Origin: Vulcanimicrobiota bacterium
Lineage (GTDB): Bacteria; Vulcanimicrobiota; Vulcanimicrobiia; Vulcanimicrobiales; Vulcanimicrobiaceae
NCBI GenBank assembly: GCA_963695225.1
Contig: OY968762.1
Span: forward strand, 2,688,001 to 2,752,000
Length of the DNA stretch: 64,000 nucleotides
Direction of reading: 5' to 3'
A program made the position numbers and the translations under genes. How positions within the stretch are numbered: the stretch's first letter is position 1; the number at the start of each line of letters is the position of its first letter. Of the stretch, positions 58,895 to 64,000 are shown piece after piece. A model generated the notes under the pieces. The model was given only the letters and a program-made list of their open reading frames with translations. It was not told the origin of the DNA and made no database searches.

Positions 58895-60333
58895 TGCAGA
58901 CGCTCGCGAATCCGTACACCTCAGCCGATTGGGCGCCGCTCATCCCGATGCTCGTCGTCGCGGCGGCGGCGCTCGCCGTGCTGGTCGCCGATCTGATCTT
59001 ACCGAAGCCCGTGCGGCGCGCGACGGCCGTTGCGACGAGCGCGCTCGGCCTCGCCGTCGCCGCCGGGCTCGCGCTCTCCGGCTGGGGCCAAACGCACGCC
59101 GCGTTCGGCGGCGCGTTCATGAGCGGCGGCTTCACGATCGTCTTCGAAGAAGTCTCGCTCGTAGCGGCGCTCTTCACCGTCGCGCTCTCGTACGCGCTCG
59201 GCCGCGACGACCAAGCCGCGGGCGCGCTCGCGCTCGTGCTCTTCGCGACGTGCGGCGCGATGCTGATGGCCGGCGCCGGGAACTTGATGACGATCTTTCT
59301 CGGCCTCGAGTTGCTGTCGCTCGCGCTCTATTGCCTCTGCGGTTTCTCCAAGCGCACCGGCGCCCGCGAATCGGCGCTGAAATACCTGATCCTCTCCTCG
59401 ATGGCCTCGGGCTTCATGCTCTACGGCATGGCGCTGCTCTTCGGCGCGACCGGGAGCGTCGCGCTCTCCGCCCTCGAGCTTCCGCCGGTCGCGAATCTGT
59501 GGTACACGATGGGGCTCGGCCTGTTCTTGATCGGGCTCCTCTTCAAGCTCGGACTCGTGCCGTTCCATGTCTGGGTGCCGGACGTCTACGAAGGCGCCCC
59601 GCTCGCCGTCACCGCGTACATGAGCGTCGCCACGAAAGCCGGAACGCTCGCCGTCCTCGCGCGCCTCATCTACGCAGCGCTCCCGGGCCCGCTCCACGAA
59701 GCGATCCTCGCGCCGCTCTGGCTCGTCGCCGGGCTCTCGATGATCGTCGGCAACGTTGCCGCGCTCGCGCAGCGCGACATGAAGCGCCTGCTGGCCTACT
59801 CCGGCATCGCGCAAGTCGGCTACATCGTCGCCGCGCTCGCCGGCACAACGCCGCTCGGCCTGCGCTACGCGATGCTCTACCTCGTGGCCTACGCGTTCAT
59901 GAACCTGGGAGCATTCGCCGTCGTCGCGCTGCTCTCGCGCGAGCACGACGAAGGCTCGCGTCTCGAAGCCTTCTCGGGCCTCGGCTACCGCCGCCCCATC
60001 CTCGCCGCCTGCATGACGTTCTTCCTGCTCGGCCTCGCCGGCCTACCCCCGACCGCCGGCTTCACCGCGAAGGTCCTGATCCTCGCAACGAACGTCGGAG
60101 CCGGTTTCGCCTGGCTTGCAGGCCTGCTGATCGCGGGCACCGCCATCTCCGCGTACGCGTACTTCAAAGTCATCCGCGCGATGTACGCCCGCTCGTTCGG
60201 CACGCCGCTGCAAAAGAACGTCGCCCCCGCCAGCCTCCTCCCCTGGATCGGAGTCGGCATCGGCGCCCTCGCAACGCTCATCCTCGGCCTCTACCCGCGC
60301 TTCCCCAGCGATATTCTGCCGCTAATCAAGTAG
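58891..60333 (+). CDS. nuoN: NADH-quinone oxidoreductase subunit N
   Basis: ESALKY, PFHVWVPDVYEGAP, KRLLAYS, LAGLPPTAGF (alternative start ATG 58894). Confidence 0.93.
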   Translation: MMQTLANPYTSADWAPLIPMLVVAAAALAVLVADLILPKPVRRATAVATSALGLAVAAGLALSGWGQTHAAFGGAFMSGGFTIVFEEVSLVAALFTVALSYALGRDDQAAGALALVLFATCGAMLMAGAGNLMTIFLGLELLSLALYCLCGFSKRTGARESALKYLILSSMASGFMLYGMALLFGATGSVALSALELPPVANLWYTMGLGLFLIGLLFKLGLVPFHVWVPDVYEGAPLAVTAYMSVATKAGTLAVLARLIYAALPGPLHEAILAPLWLVAGLSMIVGNVAALAQRDMKRLLAYSGIAQVGYIVAALAGTTPLGLRYAMLYLVAYAFMNLGAFAVVALLSREHDEGSRLEAFSGLGYRRPILAACMTFFLLGLAGLPPTAGFTAKVLILATNVGAGFAWLAGLLIAGTAISAYAYFKVIRAMYARSFGTPLQKNVAPASLLPWIGVGIGALATLILGLYPRFPSDILPLIK

Positions 60334-60363
60334 CCGCGCGTCTCGGCGGGCTACCGGTCGCAG

Positions 60364-60485
60364 GGCCCGCGTGCGGTGCGGGACGACAGGGGGCGTCGAG
60401 ACCGCCGCCGGCCTCTCGCCGTCCTTGGCTGCGGCCGGCGGTCGGAGCTCTCGCCGCCCCCTGTCGTCCCGCACCGCACGCTACC
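60364..60485 (+). repeat. Palindromic element copy F (short variant)
   Basis: Perfect 27-bp IR at 60369-60395 / 60455-60481; same ggcccgcg start and gctacc end; core ccggcctctcgccgtccttggctgcggccgg; lacks the ttcgcatccatgcgaa hairpin. Confidence 0.75.
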
Positions 60486-60539
60486 GCCAGGCCGGCGCGC
60501 AGCTGCCTGACGTAAATCTCGCGCGACTCACGCTCCCCA

Positions 60540-60704
60540 GGTAGCGGGCGGGGCGGGGCGACGCTCTCCCGCGGGGCGTGCAGCTTTCCGGCGGAGCCAC
60601 GATGGCGAGAGCCGGAAAGTGCACGAGTAGCGATTTCGCATGGATGCGAAATCGCGGGCGTCCCCGCGGGGGAGTGTCGTCCCGCCCCGGCCGCGGGCCC
60701 CGCG
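60540..60704 (-). repeat. Palindromic element copy D (intact, inverted relative to F)
   Basis: ggtagcgggcggggcggggcgacgctctcccgcgggg...aagtgcacgagtagcgatttcgcatggatgcgaaatcgc...ccccgcgggggagtgtcgtcccgcccc. Confidence 0.88.
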
Positions 60705-60747
60705 ATAGGTCCGGCGATCCCCTACGAATTGCGAGCTTGTTGCCGGC

Positions 60748-62364
60748 TCAGTTGACGCGTTTGTCTTTGCCGGCCCATTCCTTTTCGCGGAGCAGGTACT
60801 TCTGGATTTTGCCGGTCGAGGTCTTCGGCAGGTCTTCGAACGCGATTTGCTTCGGCGTCTTGAAGCCGGGTAAGAGCGTGCGGCAGTGGGCGATGATTTC
60901 TTCGGCGGTGATCGTCGCGCCCGGCTTCGGCACGATGTAGGCTTTGGGGACTTCGCCCCACTTCGGGTCGGGGACGGCGATGACGGCGCATTCCATGACG
61001 GCGGGGTGCTCGAGGATCGCTTTTTCGACTTGTTGCGTCGAGATGTTCTCGCCGCCGGAGATGATGACGTCCTTCGAGCGGTCGAGGATTTCGAGGTAGC
61101 CGTCGGGGTGCATCGCTGCGATGTCGCCCGAGTGGAACCAGCCGCCGTGGAAGGCCTTCGCGGTGCCCTCGGGGTCGTTGAAGTAGCCCTTCATCACGTT
61201 GTTGCCGCGCATGACGATTTCGCCTTGCGTATGGCCGTCGCTCGGGACGTCGTTCAGCTCGGGGTCGACGACTCGGATCTCGTGCGCGCCGACGGTGATC
61301 ATCGGGACGCCTTGGCGGGCCTTCAGGCGGGCGCGCGCCGGTGCGTCGAGTGCGTCCCATTGCGCTTGCCATTGGCAGACGCTGATGGGGCCGTAGGTTT
61401 CAGTGAGGCCGTAGACGTGGGTGATCGTCGCGCCGAGCGCTTCCATTTGCGCGATCGTCGCGGGCGCGGGCGGCGCGCCGGCGGTCGTGACGGAGATCGG
61501 CTTGGCGAAGGGCTTCACGTCCGGGTGGTTCGCGAGGGAGATCAGGACGGTCGGCGCCCCGCACATGTGGGAGACGCCTTCGCGCTCGATGAGGTCGAGC
61601 ACGACCTTAGGATCGACCTTCGGCAGGCAGACGTGCGTCGCGCCGGCGGCGGTGACGGCCCACGGAAAACACCAGCCGTTGCAGTGGAACATCGGCAGCG
61701 TCCACAGGAAGACGCTCTCGGGGCGCAGGTTCGCGTGGTAGATTTCGGAGAGTGCGTTGACCGCTGCGCCGCGATGCGTGTACATCACGCCCTTCGGCTG
61801 GCCCGTCGTCCCGCTCGTGTAGTTGATGGAGATCGTCGCGTCTTCGTCGGTGACGGGGTTGACGATCGGTTCGCTCGACGCGGCGGCGAGGCTCGCTTCG
61901 AAATCGAGCTCCGCGCCGGGGTTCGGCGTGCCGATGCAAACGCGGCGGACGCCCGCAGCGATGCCGGAGAGTAGTGGTGCGAACTCCGCATCATAAAGGA
62001 TGACGCTCGCGCCGCAGTGGCCGACGATGTAGGAGATCTCGGGCGCCAGCAGGCGCGTGTTCAGCGCGCAGAGGATCCCGCCCGCGAGAGGTACCGCGAA
62101 ATGCGCTTCTAGGAGCGCCGATTCGTTCTTCGCCAGGACCGCGACGCGGTCGCCGCTCGAGACGCCGAGCGAGTGCAGGAAGTGCGCGAAGCGGTAGACG
62201 CGCTCCAGCATCTGCGGATAGGTTCTGCGGATCGGGCCGTCGATGACCGCGATCTTCTCGCGAAAGACGTACGCGGAACGTTCAAGGTAATCGATGGGCG
62301 AGAGCCGGCGTAGGTGGATCGCGGCCGGGGCTGCGGTTTCGAGCATGCTGACCTGCACTTGCAA
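60748..62364 (-). CDS. Acyl-CoA synthetase (AMP-binding, fatty acid-CoA ligase family)
   Basis: YTSGTTGQPKG, LPMFHCNGW, YGLTETYGP, DRSKDVIISGGENIS, PKTSTGKIQK. Confidence 0.92.
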   Translation of the reverse strand: MQVQVSMLETAAPAAIHLRRLSPIDYLERSAYVFREKIAVIDGPIRRTYPQMLERVYRFAHFLHSLGVSSGDRVAVLAKNESALLEAHFAVPLAGGILCALNTRLLAPEISYIVGHCGASVILYDAEFAPLLSGIAAGVRRVCIGTPNPGAELDFEASLAAASSEPIVNPVTDEDATISINYTSGTTGQPKGVMYTHRGAAVNALSEIYHANLRPESVFLWTLPMFHCNGWCFPWAVTAAGATHVCLPKVDPKVVLDLIEREGVSHMCGAPTVLISLANHPDVKPFAKPISVTTAGAPPAPATIAQMEALGATITHVYGLTETYGPISVCQWQAQWDALDAPARARLKARQGVPMITVGAHEIRVVDPELNDVPSDGHTQGEIVMRGNNVMKGYFNDPEGTAKAFHGGWFHSGDIAAMHPDGYLEILDRSKDVIISGGENISTQQVEKAILEHPAVMECAVIAVPDPKWGEVPKAYIVPKPGATITAEEIIAHCRTLLPGFKTPKQIAFEDLPKTSTGKIQKYLLREKEWAGKDKRVN

Positions 62365-62709
62365 GATGGTTGTTCCATGCGGGGTTTGGCTTCGGGGTCT
62401 CGCCTCCCTCGGCGCGCTAGCGGCCGGCCCACTCTTCGACGGGCTCTGGGTGACATGGCGGCGGGCCGGGCTTTTTCGCTCCCGTGCGGCCCTCGGGCGA
62501 CGGGTCGCTCAGGTAACGACGGCGCCGGGCTCCGGACGATGTGGGCCGCGGCTCTACACAATCTTAACCCTCCGCTACGACTTTGGTCGGTTTCGGGACT
62601 AAAGACTGTGCGGTTAAATGACGCTGACTAAAGTGAGCGGACTCACTCACCGAATGTGATTTAGAAGACACTTCGGACTACGTCCGCCCCCGTCAAACCA
62701 AGAGGTGCT

Positions 62710-63204
62710 ATGTCGCGTTCCCGTCTGGTGGGCGTTATTGCGCTCACCCTAGTTCTCTGTTGCTCCGCACTCGCCGCCGAGGCGAAACCGGCCGTCGATC
62801 TCCACTTGCAAGGGGTCCTGGTCGAACGAACGGCAGCCGGCGTGGAGAAGACCACGCCCGTCGAGGGGGTGGCGCTCAAGCCGGGTGAGACGGTGCGCTA
62901 CACGATCGTGGCGACGAATCACGGCACCGATGCCGCAATCGGCTTCAAGCCGGTTGCCAAGGTCCCCACGGGGACCGTCTACGAGCCTGCCGGCCTGGCC
63001 GAGAGCTGCGCCGCCGGGCACGAGTTCTCGCTCGACGGCGGCCAAACGTGGTCGGCGAGCCCGAAGGTCAAGGTCCAAACGCCGGCCGGCATCGTCGAGA
63101 AGCCCGCCGCTCCGCAAACGTATACCGCGCTTCGCTGGATCGCAGCTAAGCCGCTCGCTCCGAAGTCTTCCTGCACCTACACCTATCAGGTTCGCGTCAA
63201 GTGA
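62710..63204 (+). CDS. Secreted DUF11-like (Ig-like repeat) protein
   Basis: Signal peptide, LKPGETVRYTIVATNHG, FSLDGGQTWS, YQVRVK; AGAGG RBS. Confidence 0.75.
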   Translation: MSRSRLVGVIALTLVLCCSALAAEAKPAVDLHLQGVLVERTAAGVEKTTPVEGVALKPGETVRYTIVATNHGTDAAIGFKPVAKVPTGTVYEPAGLAESCAAGHEFSLDGGQTWSASPKVKVQTPAGIVEKPAAPQTYTALRWIAAKPLAPKSSCTYTYQVRVK

Positions 63205-63254
63205 GCCTGACTTTTTCGCTTGCCCCGCGCACGCATACGGAGGAACCCCTTACC

Positions 63255-64000
63255 ATGGAACGTTCGCTGAAGCGGACGTTGCTGCGCCTTTCGGCGACCG
63301 CCGCGATCGTCACCGGTCTCGTTTTGCAGCAGAGCGCCGGTATCGCGCTTGCGGCCGGAACGACCGCCGGCACCGTGATCCAGAATACGGCGACCGCGAC
63401 GTATCAGGACGGTAACAGCAACACCTACACGACGAACTCGAACACGGTCCAGACGACCGTCCAAAACGTCCCGTCGCTGACGGTCACGCCTGCAGCGGGT
63501 TCGTCGTACGCGCCCGGAGCGCAAGTCACCGATACCTTCACGCTGACGAACACCGGCAACAACAGCGGTACGTTTACCGTCAGCGCGATCACGCCGCCCG
63601 CAGGTGCGACCGGCGTTTCGTATTTCATCGGAGCGACCCCGTACCCCGATCTCGCGACGCTGCAGACGTACTTGACCGCCACTCCCGTAGCGGCGGGGAA
63701 CACCGTCACGATCGGCGTGAAGTACACCGTCGCAACCTCGGCCACGCCGGGGACGGCGCTGCCGACGCTCCTGACGGCGACGATCACGCTCCCGCTCACG
63801 GGCGGCGCACCTGCGGCGACGTCGGGCGCGCAAAGCGGCACGGAGAACGACTCGGTCGTCGCCGACGCGCGCGTCGACCTGCAGAAGACGGGCTTGCAGC
63901 CCGGTGCCGGCGGGAACCCGTCCGGGACGAACATCTACTACTCGATCGCCGCGAATAACGGCGGCGGCGCCGACGCGAAAGACCTCGCATCGGTCAAGAC
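63255..64000 (+). CDS. Large secreted Thr-rich DUF11-like surface protein (partial)
   Basis: GGAGG RBS; MERSLKRTLLRLSATAA...ALAAGTTAGTVIQNTATATYQD...FTLTNTGN; open to the window end. Confidence 0.75.
   Translation, partial: MERSLKRTLLRLSATAAIVTGLVLQQSAGIALAAGTTAGTVIQNTATATYQDGNSNTYTTNSNTVQTTVQNVPSLTVTPAAGSSYAPGAQVTDTFTLTNTGNNSGTFTVSAITPPAGATGVSYFIGATPYPDLATLQTYLTATPVAAGNTVTIGVKYTVATSATPGTALPTLLTATITLPLTGGAPAATSGAQSGTENDSVVADARVDLQKTGLQPGAGGNPSGTNIYYSIAANNGGGADAKDLASVK

Overview
High-GC bacterial chromosomal window of mostly housekeeping genes. The style and gene set (SLH-porin, two-domain M16 peptidase, split nuoC/nuoD) suggest a diderm Terrabacteria lineage such as Eremiobacterota, which is inference only. 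Contents: cysK, an M16 peptidase, a class 3 asparaginase, an orphan RND permease, two branched-chain-amino-acid-type ABC systems, a Fic protein, metH, an SLH-porin, MarR-GNAT, nagA, a double-GTPase dynamin-like protein, a phosphomannomutase, a GAF-GGDEF-EAL protein, amtB plus an unannotated 43-aa membrane ORF, a cobalamin riboswitch with a B12 ABC transporter, hflX, a full nuoA-N operon with a LysE gene inserted, an acyl-CoA synthetase and DUF11-like surface proteins. The most unusual signal is non-coding. A dispersed family of ~120-255 bp GTAG-tagged, multi-hairpin palindromic elements occurs in 6 copies with compensatory base changes. One copy is split exactly in two by a ~1.05 kb MarR-GNAT gene cassette (CTAGT/CTAAT junctions), and another carries a nested ~90 bp hairpin insert. 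Two loci hold inverted pairs, and local G/C skew and codon usage flip across them. No transposase, integrase, CRISPR array, tRNA or rRNA was seen.
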